A stretch of 64,000 nucleotides of DNA from Paraspadella gotoi (lineage: Eukaryota; Animalia; Chaetognatha): contig CM119265.1 of assembly GCA_051294375.1 (NCBI GenBank), positions 15,228,963 to 15,292,962 on the forward strand, given 5' to 3'. Positions 38,327 through 53,638 of this stretch are shown here, in pieces. The notes beneath the pieces are model-generated. The model worked only from the letters and a program-made list of their open reading frames with translations, searched no databases and had not been told where the DNA came from. Within the stretch, counting starts at the first letter, position 1. Every line of letters begins with the position of its first letter. Both the position numbers and the translations under genes were made by a program.

Positions 38327-40122
38327 ACCAAAGAGAGAGAGAGGTAGAAAAATCGATAAAGAAGGAGGGAAAATTTTTAGGAAGCCACTTTGGCGGAGAT
38401 TATCTCTGGCGCTCGACCGGAACACCACGTATGACATCACGTGAATGACGTCAACCGACTAAAGTTCTATTCTTTATCTGAAAACCTCGACATGCAATAA
38501 TGTTTAAACCATAATAGCAATACTCGACGTTGTTACAAAGGCTTTAATTTAACTGATAGCGTACGTACTACATACTACTACGTAGTATTTCGAATTTCTT
38601 ACTCGGATACTCCGCCCGCCTCTTACTCGGATGACCTTCTCCCAGACCCTTTGACGTCACTCGACCCGAAAAGTCGCTTCTGACGGGAATTTGACGTCAC
38701 TTGAAACCGAAAGATAAGAAAAAAAGCGAAGGGATTTTCATTCGAATGACGACAAAGACTTATAAATGGTGGAACGAGGAGGGATGGAGGGAAGAAAGGA
38801 GAAAAGGAACCGAGGAGAGGAGGAAAGAGGGGAAAGAAAATAAAACTAGGGGAGGAAAGATGGGAAATTGAGGAAAAAGGAAATAAGGAATGAGAAAAGG
38901 GAGGAAAGGATATGGGAGAAAAAAGGATCCAAGATGAAAAGCACAAAGTATCTCTGTAAAACGCTATAAAAAAAAATTAACGTCTCATATATTAAAAAGT
39001 AGGTATTTAAATTATTTTTACTTTTACACTTATTCGAGAAAAAAAGTAATAAATCGTCTTCTTAATAGACAAGCAGACGAGTAAACGTAAAGACGCGCGT
39101 TCAAAGGATAAGGAACGATTTTTTTTTTTTAAAGCAGAACTTCAAAAAGAAAATCTGTTTACTTTTTGAAAAGAGAAAATATTTTTTCTCTCTGACTTTA
39201 TATCTCTCTCTGTCTCCCTCTCTTTTTATCGCGCTCTCTCGCTCTTTCGCTCTCGACGTATTTGATCAAAGAATTTTCAAAGAAATGCGTAAAAGTTTTT
39301 TTTAATCTGAAAAAAAAAAATTAAAAGGAAAAAAAAAATTTCTTCGGCAGGAAAATCAACTTTAATGGTGCAATCATTCACGGATGAAACTTTGATTTCC
39401 TAAAAAGTACCCACATTGACTTAAGGAGCGTTCATAGTGACTCCTCCATAGTCTAAACATTACCTGTTTCTAAAAATAATCTCACTCCTCGGTGAGTCCT
39501 CACACTAAACTCGACAAAAGGAAGAATTGCGTCGCAATTATACGGACGCTCGACTTTCGTGACTCATTTCATTTCAAAGCCGACGACGACGACGATGACG
39601 ACAACGACGACGCCGACGATGATGACAATGACGCCGACGTCGACGTCACCAAATAAGGAAGTCGTCTTTCTCTCTTTTTTCGTAACTGATCTTTTCTTTT
39701 CCTTAACCTCCTAACAAGCGTAAAAACTTCTGTCTTTCATTCTCTATTTTCAATTAACACTCATGTCTAATTGTCTATATTTTCTTTCCTTCCTTCTCGT
39801 CTCTCTCTCCCTCTCCCTTCCTTTTCTTCAGGTTTTTAATTTTTCCGTCTCCTGCTCGTAAACTCCCAAGTTACTCTCTCCCGACGCCGAAGAACAACAA
39901 TAAAATTCTGAGCCATAAACATCATCGGGCAAAACAGCGCGAGTCCCCGCCTAGTCTATCATCTTGTTTGCATTGAGTTGAGGGGGGGGGGTAGAAGAGA
40001 GAGTAGGAGCGCCGAGCGGCTTTGTTTGCATTTTAAGCAACCAAGTCGACGTCGCCGGGATTCGCCTTTGCATTTTCGTCTCTCGCGGAGTTCGTCTCCC
40101 GATCGTAGGGCGGCGCGGCGAG

Positions 40123-40235
<113 letters not shown>

Positions 40236-41766
40236 GGAGCCAAGTCTCGCGGGATTCCTCAACTGCATTTAATTACTGTTGAATTGCGATCGGGAGTTTG
40301 TATCGTTACTCGTTGCTTAATCGAGGGTTTGTTTATTTAATGAAACATTTTCGTTTTAAATGAAGAAGCCAAGTCGGCCTGACGAAGAGATTCAACTAGA
40401 TGTTTGTTAAGAGATATTTTAATTAGAAATTGAAATTTACTTTCTTCATTAAATATTTTTTTAAAAGATTTTGAAAATTGAAATACTTTATCCCTGCAAC
40501 TCATCCCAAGAACCAAATAAACACAAAGATCTTTCTCCAAACGCGATTCACTATTTAGCCTCATGTTTTCGACGTTTCGCTGCCTTTCTCTCTTTCCTCT
40601 CCTCGCCAGACGAGTCCAGACGTTTTGACGGGTTTTGGCCTTCGCTTCTCTTATCTCTTGATGGGAGGCAACAATTCCATCGCCTTTGTTCATCCTTTAT
40701 TTTTCTCCTTTCGCACTTTCCTCATTGGTTCCGGTTCTTAGAGTCGAGGAGCTTCGTTTTCCTCTTTTGTTTATGNNNNNNNNNNGTCGTCGTCGTCGTC
40801 GTCGTCGTCGTTTTCATCGTCGTCGTCGTCACACTCTCGTCGCAGGGAAAAACGAAATGTGTTGGTTATCGAAAAACTCTCTTTTTTCTAGTCGACGGAT
40901 TTAACTTCCATTTATTTCCAGACGATTTTCAATTATTTCGTCTTCACTGATTTTTTTTTTTAGTTATCATTGGCGTCGATATCATTTTTTTTTTATTATT
41001 TATTTCTTCTCCTCCGTCGAGGATCGAACTTAACTCTGATTGGCTGAGAGAGAATTACGTTTATGCTCGTCAGTCACCAAACAAAACGGGTCTAATCGCG
41101 TTTTGGTTGGAATTCTTGAGCAAGTTTATCTTTTATGGGGAACATCAAAGAAAAATTCAAAATTTGAGTCGCGGTAGCAATCTCAGGGAGTTAAAAGAAT
41201 TTTTGGTGGAATATTATTAGGTCGCTGTTTAACTTTATTTTGGGTTGGGGCTTGGGGGAAATGCGTTTGACTTTAGGACAGATCGACGTGAGCCCTAAAT
41301 TTCGTCTTTTTCGACTAATTTCGTCAGCCAAAAGGTTTCAAGATCACATTAGAAGTAAGAGTATTTGTTTTAAAATATGGATTTTCCCACAAAATGTCCC
41401 TAATCATTGGGGTGACGATGTTTAAAATTAGTTTAAAATAGTTTGTACTTCATAGTTGAGGCTGATTAGTGATTAATATGTTGCCATTCTTCTCACTCCT
41501 CGTCGGTATCGTCCTGTTTCGAGGTCGTCGATGTCATCTCTACGATTTGGAAATAATGGATTAAATAAAGCAGAAAGGAAAAGAACTGAGGGATAGAAAA
41601 CCTATAAAATAATGACAAATAAAAATTATTTATTGACTCAAATAAAAGAAAGGAAAAAAAAGAGAAAAAGAAAGAAAGAAAACCAAAAAAAAGGAAAAAA
41701 ACAAGAAAGAAAGAAATAAAGAAAAAATGAAAACAAAAAAGAAAGAACGAAAGAACGAAAGAACGA

Positions 41767-41834
<68 letters not shown>

Positions 41835-42050
41835 AAAATATAAAGAGAGTAAAAAGAAGAAAAAAACACGAAGAAAGAAAAAGGATATGAAAAGGAAAAA
41901 GGAGAAGTAGAACCGGAAATTGGCGCCGCCGTCTCAAAAGACGCCGGTGCCACGGAGCGCCGCTCCACCGTCCAGCGGCCATAAATATTCCCTGACTTTT
42001 GGCCACTGGCACGCAGGAGAGAGAGAGAGACAGAGAGATGAGAGAGAGAG

Positions 42051-42096
<46 letters not shown>

Positions 42097-42206
42097 AGAG
42101 AGAGAGAGAGACTGACGGACTGACATACGGAGGGTCACCAGATGATAGAGAGCGAGTGTGAGAAACTGAACGAGAGGAGAGGGAGAGAGATACTATAGAT
42201 GGATTT

Positions 42207-42250
<44 letters not shown>

Positions 42251-42254
42251 AGAG

Positions 42255-42287
<33 letters not shown>

Positions 42288-44028
42288 GGTAAAAAAGGTA
42301 CAAAAAGATTGCAAAAAGGAGAGAATTTCTGTAACTGACAGAACAATTTGCACAAACGTTTTTCGTTTTTGCCGTTTAACGTAACAACAACGACGACGAC
42401 GACCACGACGACGACGTCGGCTATCTACTACGTAAAAAGGTTCGACGAATCTACTTTTCCCTCAAGTTTGCCTAAACAGCTTTCGATTTCCAGGGGAGAA
42501 GGAAAAAGGGCGAAAAAAAAAGCAGAGTCATAAACCATCGTTGAAAAAAAAGGTAAACAAACGCCGAAGGAGAGAAGGAAGAGGAAAAATGAAGAGGGCG
42601 CTGAAAGACAAGAGGTCGAACGAAATAGACGCGAACAGGAGAAAAAAAAAACAAAAAAAAAAACAAAAGATCTTCTTTTTTTTCTTATTATTTTTTTTTC
42701 GACGATAAAAACGAGAAAGTTTTAAGGAGGCAACACAATGAAGCGAAAACATCATAAACGGTTAGAGTTTCGGCGAGAGACGCGCGCGTTCTCCCGTTGC
42801 CATGGAAACCCGGGAAGCGAAGGGGGTTGGGGCTCGTTGGAGAGGGGTAACGTGATGGTTAGAGATAATTTTGTTGCGGATGTAGGTTCAGCTTAGTCGT
42901 ACGTAAGGGATTCGATTTTGGGTAAGGTAAGGTAAGGTGAGTTAAAATCCTCCTCACCTCTTTTTTCTCGAACGTGACGGCGTCGGAATTGCTGACTCAA
43001 AAACTTTTTCCCCCATCACCTTAATCGCCGCTAAACCGCTCCGCTTTCGTTTTCTACAATTTCTTCAATTCCCTCTTCTTTTTCTCAACACATCTCTTAT
43101 GATTTTTTTTTTAATGCCATTTTTAAAAATTTGGTTCTTTTTTAAACTGACAAAGAACTTATGAAGCTCTTTAAATGATAACGTAAAGATAAAAAAAAAA
43201 TCTCGTAAAGCTCAAAATTTATGCCGTAAAGCTCAAAATAATGCCGTAAAACTTAAAAAATAAGCCGCATTTAACACAAAAATATGCCCACGAGCGTCCA
43301 GAGTCTCGCGACGACGCCTCGAAAATGCTAATCGTCTTCGCCTCGGAGAGAAAAAGAGAAAAAAAAAAATTGTACACGAAAATATTCGTCCGAAGATGCG
43401 ACGGGTTACATACGGGTAACGTTGAGAACCTACATCCGGGTTACGCCACGATTTACATCCGGGCTTTTCGGCTACTTTCATCCGGACTTTGAAGAGAATT
43501 TAGAGTTGAAGGAAAAAAAAAAAAGGATAAAAATAATCTAAATCACCCCCTCGGGTGAGAAGCGACTACACCCCGGTGGGGGGGGGTGGCAGGGGGGTGT
43601 GGTGGAATGGGTCCGAAGAAAAGGAACAGAGGCAAGACGAGGGAAGCTTTATAATTTTTTGATATTTTAAATTTGTTCCGTACTCGACGGCGCTGAGTGG
43701 TTTCAGTGAATCAACTGAAGCGGGCTTAATGGAAATCGCCTTAAATGGCGCCGACTTACGCTCGTTATTTCCATCGCTTAGACCAAACCTAATCGAGCTG
43801 TTTCTCTCCTCAGCCGCCACAGCATCATCGGCAACCTGCAACGTCTTTCGCCAACGGGCTTAACACCCCTGGACGATGTTTCTCAAAACCCCTCTGGACC
43901 CCGGCTTTCTTACGGGCAATAGACGTGATTGAATTTCAAAAGGAGACTAAAAAAAAAAAAAAAAGAAAAAAAATTGAAAGAAAAGAAAGAAAATGAGTGA
44001 AAATATCCACAAAAAAAAGAAAGAAAGA

Positions 44029-44068
<40 letters not shown>

Positions 44069-44365
44069 GAGAAAGCCCTCGAGAAGACAGGATGCATTTT
44101 TTTAAAGGGAGAAGATAAAGTCGCGAGGAAAAAGAAGCGAAGTTTTTTATCGAAAAAAGAAGAAAAGATGAAGAGACAAAAAAAGATTTTTTTTTCCCTT
44201 TTTTTCCTTCAATTTGAAAATAAAAGGAGAAGCCAAGCTTCGGTCCAGTTCGGTCCAGTTCGGACAGTTCGTATGTTTAATACATGTTTATACATTCGAT
44301 TGTCGTCAATTTTGTGACGAAAATGTATCGAATTCGAATCAATTCGCTGCGTTGGTGTGTGACAG

Positions 44366-44608
<243 letters not shown>

Positions 44609-45258
44609 CAGGGACCGAGCCAGCGTACGAATTGTAATAATTCAAAAAATAAAGGCCAATAAAAAGGAAAGAAAAAGCCAAGAAATATAGATATTGCTGA
44701 AATAAACTACGAAAGGCTTGTGTTTTTTTTATTAGTCATTTCTTCCTACTGTTTTATGGGAAATCACAATTGATTTTCTTTTCAACGAAGGCTTTTTCTT
44801 TAAGGGAAAAAATACGGCCATTAACAATAGAAGTCCCACTGCGTCGTCGAATGTTATTAAATTTTATACTCGTCCTCCCTTTTTTTTCTCCCTTCATTTC
44901 CCTCTATGTCCTTTCCTCCCCTTTTCGCCCCCTTTTCTCCCATACCCTGTTCTCACTCTTCCCCACTCTCATTTTTAAATCCCTACCCTCTCTCTACTCT
45001 GCCCCCACTCTTCCCCCACCCCATCCTTCTCCCCGACTTTAGCCCCCCTTCCCTTTCCTCTCAACTTCCTTTTCTCTTTGACACTCCCTTCGCTGAGCGC
45101 AGATGTTGGGCTGAGACAAGAAAAGTGAAACATAGAAAAATGTATATCGATTTTCGTTGTTCGAAGGAAAAGATTGGAGTCGAGCGACTGACTTATACTG
45201 CATGCAGAATTATGGCGGGAATAAAAAGAATCCCCTCCAAACGGCAGATGGGGAAGCC

Positions 45259-45316
<58 letters not shown>

Positions 45317-46957
45317 ATTAACGTCTCGTTCTTTTAAATTCTTCTTTCAATTAGGACGATAGATAATTTGGAAAAAAGACAAAAACTCAATTATTTTTAA
45401 CAAATATTTTGTCTTTTTCTGTATCAACTATCCAATTGGGCGTGACGCGTTTTCCTGAACATCGGGGCAGGCTTTGGAATTTTAAAGATATTTCGGTGCC
45501 AAACCCACATTAAAAAAGCATCAAAATCGAGTTTATTTTTTTTTCTTCCAAGAGCCAAAATAAAAAAGATTCAAAAACTTTATAAAAATCGAGAATGAAA
45601 ATAAGTTTTTTATGTTTAAAAAAAAATTCTGTTTGTGTGATACTTGGAAATGCATCCCGATCTTTTTCTTTATTGGGCTACCCGAGTCTTTTTAAGTTGT
45701 TTAGGTATTCATATAATCAAAAATATGATTTTATCTCATTGTATCTCTTTTTTTTTACTTCTTTTTTTACGTGTAGTACGGTATATATAATTTAATCTTT
45801 TTCAATAATTGAATACCTACCCGATTTGATAATTTTTTTTATACCTTTAACAGAAAATTTTAAACTGGTAAGCCTATTGTGTCACAACCGCAAGAAAAAG
45901 CGGTTGATGAGACGCGTCGTGTTTGATCGCGGATCGTTAGCGACTTGTTGTGGTCTTTACGACGTCGACATTGTTGTTGTTGTTGTCTTTACGATGTCGA
46001 CATTGTTCGAAAGGAAACCCGGCGCCTCAAACTTGAGCGTTGAATAACGATCAACATAAAATTTTATCTCTCTCCTCTGAAAATTCTCTCTTTTTTTTTT
46101 TTTATTTCGCCCCGTCGGTTGGGAGCGGGAAAATCGGGAAGCCCCACCCATTTTATTGGGGAAGAGGTTTCACTTTCTCGATTCCACCATCAACCCGCTG
46201 CCGAAGCTGTACCACAGCTCATTCTATTTTATAACTCATTTACAGTGTACACACTAGCCGTCCAGCTGATTCTTATAAGACCATCCAACACAGAACTTTT
46301 CAATATCCCGCCCCAACATCCAAAATCTTCCCAAAATCATTCGCCAGCCAATTTCTCAACCCGTCCCCCCCCTTCCAAAAAAAAAAAATTGGTCCCGAAT
46401 CTGGAATCGAAAATGGAAATGGAAGAGCCTCTAATTTTTTTCGATGGGAAAATGGGGGAGAAAAAAATACGGGATTTCGGGGAGGAAATCGTTATATTCG
46501 AGATGAAAAAAAATCTTAAGCCAGGACTTTCATTTTCAATAATAATAATAACGGAGAGGATTTATATTTTTATATTCTTTTTTTTTTGTCTGGGAAGTCG
46601 GGGCGCTGGATTTTGACTCAAGTTAAACATTTATTGTTTGGTCCTTATGAGTTATGACAAAGATTACGCTAGGTATTTTTGGAAGATCTCACTTTCGTTG
46701 GATGCAGTCGAATGCATATTTTTTTTTTATTATTGATATTTTTTGTTTGCTTTTCTCATATTAATAAGCCGATTAGATGGTTTCCTTTCACTAGTCAATT
46801 TGAAATCAAGCCTCGAAACAATTTTCTGTGGAGAAATTGAAATTTGAAAATGATATCATTTTTCAATAATTGAAAAAGTAATGATTTGTCATTTTTCTTT
46901 ATTCTCTGGTTTTCGACGTCGCCATTAACACTTCCATGTCTCTGCTACCAATTCCTC

Positions 46958-47060
46958 CCGCTTCTCTCCGCTTCTCTCCGCTTCTCTCCGCTTCTCTCTG
47001 CCTCCTGTCCGCTTCCTCACCGCTTCTTCACCGCTTCCCCCATCGCTTCATCCGCTTCTC
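46958..47060 (+). repeat. 10-bp minisatellite (CCGCTTCTCT)n, degenerating rightwards
   Basis: Four perfect copies followed by diverged copies. Confidence 0.85.
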
Positions 47061-47394
47061 GTCGCAATATCAGTCTCCGTTGTCTCTTCCCCCAACACTG
47101 AAGCATCGCGAGGTATAAGCCGTAAAAATCGCATAAACTGTATTTTTAATTTATAATCGGATTAAACCGAGACGAGAGTAAAAACCCCGTCGGCAATCGG
47201 AGAGAAAAAGAGAAATCGAGAAACGCTGCCGGAGTGCCGGTGCAGAGGCTGTCGCCGGTGCAGAAATCTACACTAATGCCGACGTTGAGGACCGTCGCTG
47301 AAAAATTATTTTAATTCGTAAAGAGATATATATTGACCTTTGTCGAGATTCGAAATTCGTCCTTGAGCTTAATTGTCGGGAATTCCGAGACCGA

Positions 47395-47482
47395 GATGCC
47401 CGGTTTTCGATGCCCGGTTTTCCGAAATGCCCGGTTTCTTCGATTGCCCGGTTTTCGATGCCCGGTTTCGATGCCCGGTTTC
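47395..47482 (+). repeat. ~14-bp minisatellite (GATGCCCGGTTTTC) x6
   Basis: Six copies read directly, followed by an 8-bp stem ATCTGGAC (47484)/GTCCAGAT (47523). Confidence 0.85.
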
Positions 47483-47554
47483 CATCTGGACAATAAAATC
47501 CTGATGAGTTTTACGCCTCTTCGTCCAGATTACCCGGAGTATGTTTTGTGTGTG

Positions 47555-47664
<110 letters not shown>

Positions 47665-50600
47665 CGTTTTATTCTCCCTCCTTTTCTTTCCCCGTCACAT
47701 TGTACGAGAACGGGCGTCAAAACCATTCTCCTTTCTCCAGACGACGAATGAACGAAGAAGATTTTTACTCTCGAGTCGAACGATGAGTTTTTATTGTTCT
47801 CTCTCCGACCGGCGCCCCGCCAGCGCCCCCTTTCCCCTTTTCTTCTGAAGACTCTTTGATTCTAGTCACCTCTCGCGCAAAATCCTGCTGTTGTAACCAT
47901 CTTTGCTTCTTTAGTCTTTACTTACGCAGACTTGCGCGAGTTCCTCTCTGCTCTCTCCCGCAAGCTCTCTCTCTACTACTCCACACTATGTGTCCCCATA
48001 TACACAATTTTCCTTAAAGGCCCACACCCATATCCCCCCTCCCCCATCTCCAGAGACTTCATTCCCCTTCTTACCAGGCAACCTTTCCTTTTATCCTGTC
48101 GCAGCCAAAGCCCCCTGCGGACAAACCTTTGTGTCGTCTTCTCCTCACGTCAAAAGTATCTGGCATCAGTGGAACGAATGGGGAAAGTATGAGACTTGAC
48201 TTATGAGGGAGAAACTAAAAACTCGACTCGGTAATGAGAGAGTAAGTTTTAAATTCCGCTTCTCTCTGCCTCACCCGCCTCACCCTTCCGTATTCTTTTC
48301 AATCTCACCCATTTTCGCGGAGCTGGTGCTGATATTTCGCCTCCCGCGAATAAAAAATCGTCAAAAGAGAAAGAAAAAGAGTAAAACTTTCAAACTTCAA
48401 GACGCCAGAAAAAAATAGCGTGAATATACCGCCACAGGGTGGAGAATATTTTATTTCTTCGAGTTAACTCTTCTTTTGCGGAGGCAAAGACTTCAAAGAG
48501 CTCGTCGTGAAAAACGCAACGAAATACGACGAAATTTATCGCTCATGACGATGGCGCATGAGTTTTAGACAACGAAGGAGACGACGACAACGACGACGAC
48601 TACGACGACGATTCCAATGATTGGACAGACGAAATCAACGTTGGCGGACAAAAACTAACACGATGATGATGTCAACGCCTACGAAGTCAACGACCAACGA
48701 CGACGCTGAGGACAACGAAAATAACGACTAAGATGACGACGACGACAACGACGACAACGAACGAAGAAACTAGCGCTTCTCCCGCCCCGTGTTTGGGCCG
48801 TTTGTTTATTTTTCCCCCCTTTTTTTCTTTTCTTTATCGTCAGCCGCCATTTTGTTCCACCTTTTCGCCTCCCAATCCCCACCGCCCGTACTTCCGCCCC
48901 CAAGACAAACCCCGTCCAGCCCTCAACCGCCCTCTCTTCTAATCGGATCGCGGGCGTTATCGCGCCTCGCTCCCAGGCCGCCGCACCCGCGCACGTGATT
49001 GCCCACGTGACTTGGCTCGTCTTCTTACGCGCGACGTCCTCGATTCTTCGCTCATCATTCATCCGACGAAGAAAGTACTTCCACTTTTTTCTTCTTCGAT
49101 CCGATAAGAGTGGAGACGACGACGATAACGACGACGATGACGACGACGAAGTTGACGATTGTTTGCGTCGTTTCGTCGCCCGGCGTCGCGAGTCGTGTTT
49201 GTCGTTCTTGACAAATTCAAAACAAAAGAGCAACCTGGAGGAGCGGCTGTGCGACTTAAGAAGAGTTTGAAGCGACGTGAGATGAAAAAAAATTTTAAAA
49301 AGTAAATATGTAAAGGCAATACTGACGTAAATATACTCTTCTAAAATTATTTTGTTAAATAGGAAAAGTTTTTGTTTGCAGATAACGAATTATTAGGACA
49401 GAAACGTTACATTTTTTGACTTTTTTTGCAAAAAGATCTTTAATACAACGAAAAGAGCGGGGGAAAAAAAATTTGAGCTCAAACGCTTATGTTGAAACTT
49501 AATTTACCGTAGTGTTCGTAAATGTTTGAGATGCACATATAGGTTTAACTTCAAGAGATAGCCTTGCCTTTTTAAAAAGTAAGAAATGAGGGACTGAACA
49601 GCGAGAGGGCGTGATTGGAAAACCGTGAACAACTTTTACGGCGACACGAGTCGGCGCGGGGGCGGTGAAGGGAGAGAGGTGGGTCGAGGGAGGGGAGGTC
49701 TCCGGGCGTCGAATCGTCGCGCGCAGAAGCGAAAAGACAGCGCCGTTTACGATCTCCGCTGAAGAGTTAATGTCTCCCGAAAGGCAAACCATCTCCCGAC
49801 GTTGAGACTGTGCGGGACTGGATTTACAAAATGAGATGAGATGAGATGGTTGGAGAGATGAGTCATGACAGATGAGAGATTAAGAAAAGAGAGAAGAGAT
49901 TCAAGTAAGAAATGACAAATAAAGGATATATGAAATTAACGTGAAGGGGAAAATAAATCCAATGCGACTTTGGGGAAAATCAATTTTCTTGCTTTCATGA
50001 GGCATGAGAAGCAAATTCCTCCGCACGCTATTTAATATTATATTATATTATAACATAAATTAGCGCAAATCTACGTACATGAACTCTGGACCAGCAACTC
50101 CCGCCCTTTCGCGATGAGGGGGCCACGAGCCGTTCTCAATGATGGATATTGTGCTGTTGTCTCGTCTAAAATCGTGCTGGAGTGCCGGTCTGGCGCGGCA
50201 GCCGCCGGGCCTCGTTCGACGCGCGTACATCGTTTATTATCGTCAAGAAATCGTGTGAAGAATTTTTCAAGAAAGAAACAAACGATTTGACAGACGAGAA
50301 GGCGTCCGAGAAACCATTTTTCAATTTGCAATTCTTTTTTTTTTTTTTTTCATTTTTATCCAGAGCTTTTGTTTTAATTTTTTTTCTCATATAATTCTGA
50401 TTTATATTTTCCTGGTTGCCAGAATTATTTTTTCCTTCCATTCTATCCCTAGCTCGCTCTTTTTACGAGAAAAAATACTAAAAGGAAAAGCGTCAAAAAG
50501 GGAAAAAAAATATTTCTCTGGAAAAAAATATTTGAGCTTAATTTTTGTTAAAAATGACAGTTGGGCTTAAGAAAGTTTTTTTTTCCCCGGGGTTTCTCGC

Positions 50601-50991
50601 TTGAATTCCTGTCTGTGACTCCCTGTCTCAAATAACCAAACCTTACCTTAAATTCTCACTCAACCTTTTAGCGTCGAAGACTCACTCCTCTCAGCATCTC
50701 GCTTTCCTAATTTTCCTTCACCTGTTGTTACTTATCTCCTTTCCCGCCAACATAACTTCCTCCGGATTGACTTTCTCTCTCTGCCCCCTTTGCTTCTCTC
50801 TCAACTTCTTTTTATTCCCTTAAACTCACTCTCACTCCTTTTTCACCCCTTTCTCCCAACCCACCCCAGCGAGATCGTCACGCGGTTATAGTTTCCATGA
50901 CGACGATTCCGCTTCCATGGCAACCATTTCGTTTCCACGTCATCCGCTCGGTTCTCAAGGATTCTTCTGAAAACTTTGTCCTTTCCCCCTC

Positions 50992-51090
<99 letters not shown>

Positions 51091-51306
51091 TTCCTTCTTC
51101 TTATCAGAATTTTTGTTCTTTTCCTTTTTCCGTATTTTGGATTCTTTGAACGTGGATATTTTAGTTCCGTTTCAGTTCCAATCTCTTTTTTATTTTTATT
51201 CTTTTTATTTTCTTTCTTTATTTCTTTAGTTCTTTCTTTCTTTCTTTCTTTTTTTCATTATTCCTCTTCTTCTTTATACCTATCTTTCTTCCTTTCTTCC
51301 TTCCTC

Positions 51307-51349
<43 letters not shown>

Positions 51350-51350
51350 C

Positions 51351-51406
<56 letters not shown>

Positions 51407-53566
51407 TTTTTCTTTCTTTCTTTTCTTCTTTTTCTCTCTTTGTCACAACCTCCTTTCACGTTTCACTTTTTTCCAACGTAATAGATTTCCCTACTTCGAA
51501 TCTTTCCTCCATTTTCTGTCCCCCCCCCACGCCCCCGCCCCCTGGCTAAAAAAAAAGGACCCTAGTTCTTTCCCGAGTTTCTTCCGCCTACAGTCGCTTT
51601 TCAATTTCATTTCCCTTTTTCTTTCTCTTTATCAAATTTAGTTTAAAACGTGAAATATTTTATTCATTCTTTTTTTTTCAGGTTATTAAATTCCACCCTC
51701 CTTTTTTTTTCTCGGTCAGGCCCAGAGTACATGAAAGGTAAAGTAGTAAAAAAAATTTTTGGTAAAGCGTAAAATTTTCGGTAGAGAACACGGGGAAAGT
51801 GAATGTTATCCGGTGTTTACTAGAATCCAGGTCTCCCATTTTTCCCCTCCCGTTTCTTCTTTCAAAGAGTTGCTACTTTGTTTTTGTTTTGATATTTCTT
51901 TTTTTTTAATTTTGTATTTTTCCGCCGTGGAAACCGCGGCGCACCTGAACCTCGACCCCGACCTCATCAACATCCCCCCGCTAGCAGCCGAATCCAAATT
52001 TCACCTCAAATCACAAAAAGTTCACTCTGCCTGGAAAAACAGAACCTCACGCCACGACCGCGCCCACCAATTCCACCGCGAAAACACTTTTTTTAATTTA
52101 CTTCCGAATTCGCATCGCTTCTCTCCGTCAATTCAATGTGAAACCTTCTACCAAAATTAAATCAAATATTTAAAAAAAAGCTCAGGCATAATAGGATAAT
52201 ACGAGAAAAAGAGTCACAGTTTGACTCTTCGTAATGATTTCCTAAACCTCAAAACTTCAAAACACAAATTCGATAACCCAAAGGGGACGTCACTACTTAT
52301 TCTCTTCCCCAAACTACTCTACGAACCCATGCCGTCATTATAATCTTCTTTCTGTTTCACCCAATCTCATATGTCTCCCGATGGCTAACATGTTTAAGCC
52401 TTCAGCCACCCACCACCTTCCACCCCTACTACTTTCTCAACCCCTTGGCTTCATAATCTTCTTTCTGCCTTAAATCCGAGGTTTTCCCTTTTTTTTTTCT
52501 CTCATCTATAACCTTTGACCTTTTTTACAATTTTTTTACGCCAAAATCGCAAAGTTTGAAAAGTAAAAAAAAAGTATGAAATGTCTTTCCGCTTCGCTGG
52601 TATTCGTATTCAACGGGGATCTCGAGTATGTTCGAGTATTTTTTATTTTGTTCTTTTTTATTTCTCTCCACTCTTCTGTGGGATTTGTTATTTATGACGA
52701 GCAAGACTCGAGATAAAATCAGTAAATTGTTATCTTTAGAAAAGAAATCTTTCTTGAAGATTCGGAGACAGCCGTAAGTCATATTCGCTTCCAAGGGTCC
52801 AGGCTTGGGTCCCTGTGCCCAAATACCACGATACTACTTCCGGGTACTATGATCACTTTTATCAGCCAATGCATGCAGCTTTATTTCATAAAAATATTAT
52901 TTCTTTTATACTTTTTTAAATCCTCCACGCGTCTTATAATATATTGGATGTACCAATTTCATATGACAAAAGCTGAGACGCTTTTACCCGTAAATAATTA
53001 TGTGAATTCATATGAAATATTTATTAAGCGACCAGCATTTAAAATTCAGTAAAATAGCGAAACAAGTTATTTTGCAATTTTTATAAATGAAAAAAAAAAC
53101 GGAAGAGCATCAATTCGAATTCGCTTAGAGCGACTTACCTCTTGAAAAGAGATCACGTGGTCAGGTATTTTGACGTAAACTCCTAACGCCACCGACGTTT
53201 GCACCAACGTTTATGACGTGAGCGCTATGTGTGACGTTAATCGGCAAATGGAAATTGAACGTGATTGATATGAGTTACACGGACGATATAATGACAGACG
53301 ATATAATCGCGGAAAGATTACAGTTTAATTACAAGTTTGTAGTTTGCGACGAAATTATTCGGCGGTAGAATCCAAACAGAAATCCTTATTGAAGAAACCG
53401 ACCTTTTAAAAAAAAATTTGATGTTCACTTTTTGTTTTTGTTTAGATTCTTGAAAAAGTTGGAATTCCGATTTTCTAAAAACAAAAAGCATCTTATGAAA
53501 AACGAGGAGGCACAGGTTTTTTATTTTCTTACTTTTTATTCGTTTCATTTTTCACGTCATGAAACG

Positions 53567-53638
<72 letters not shown>

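Noticed and set aside
47395-47482. CRISPR-like appearance of short repeats (also 8635-8688, 27998-28057, 46958-47060)
   Set aside because: Repeats are head-to-tail without unique spacers, no cas genes are present, and the context is eukaryotic.
47484-47535. Hammerhead ribozyme (CTGATGAG inside a stem)
   Set aside because: No GAAA core element or stem II/III arrangement downstream.
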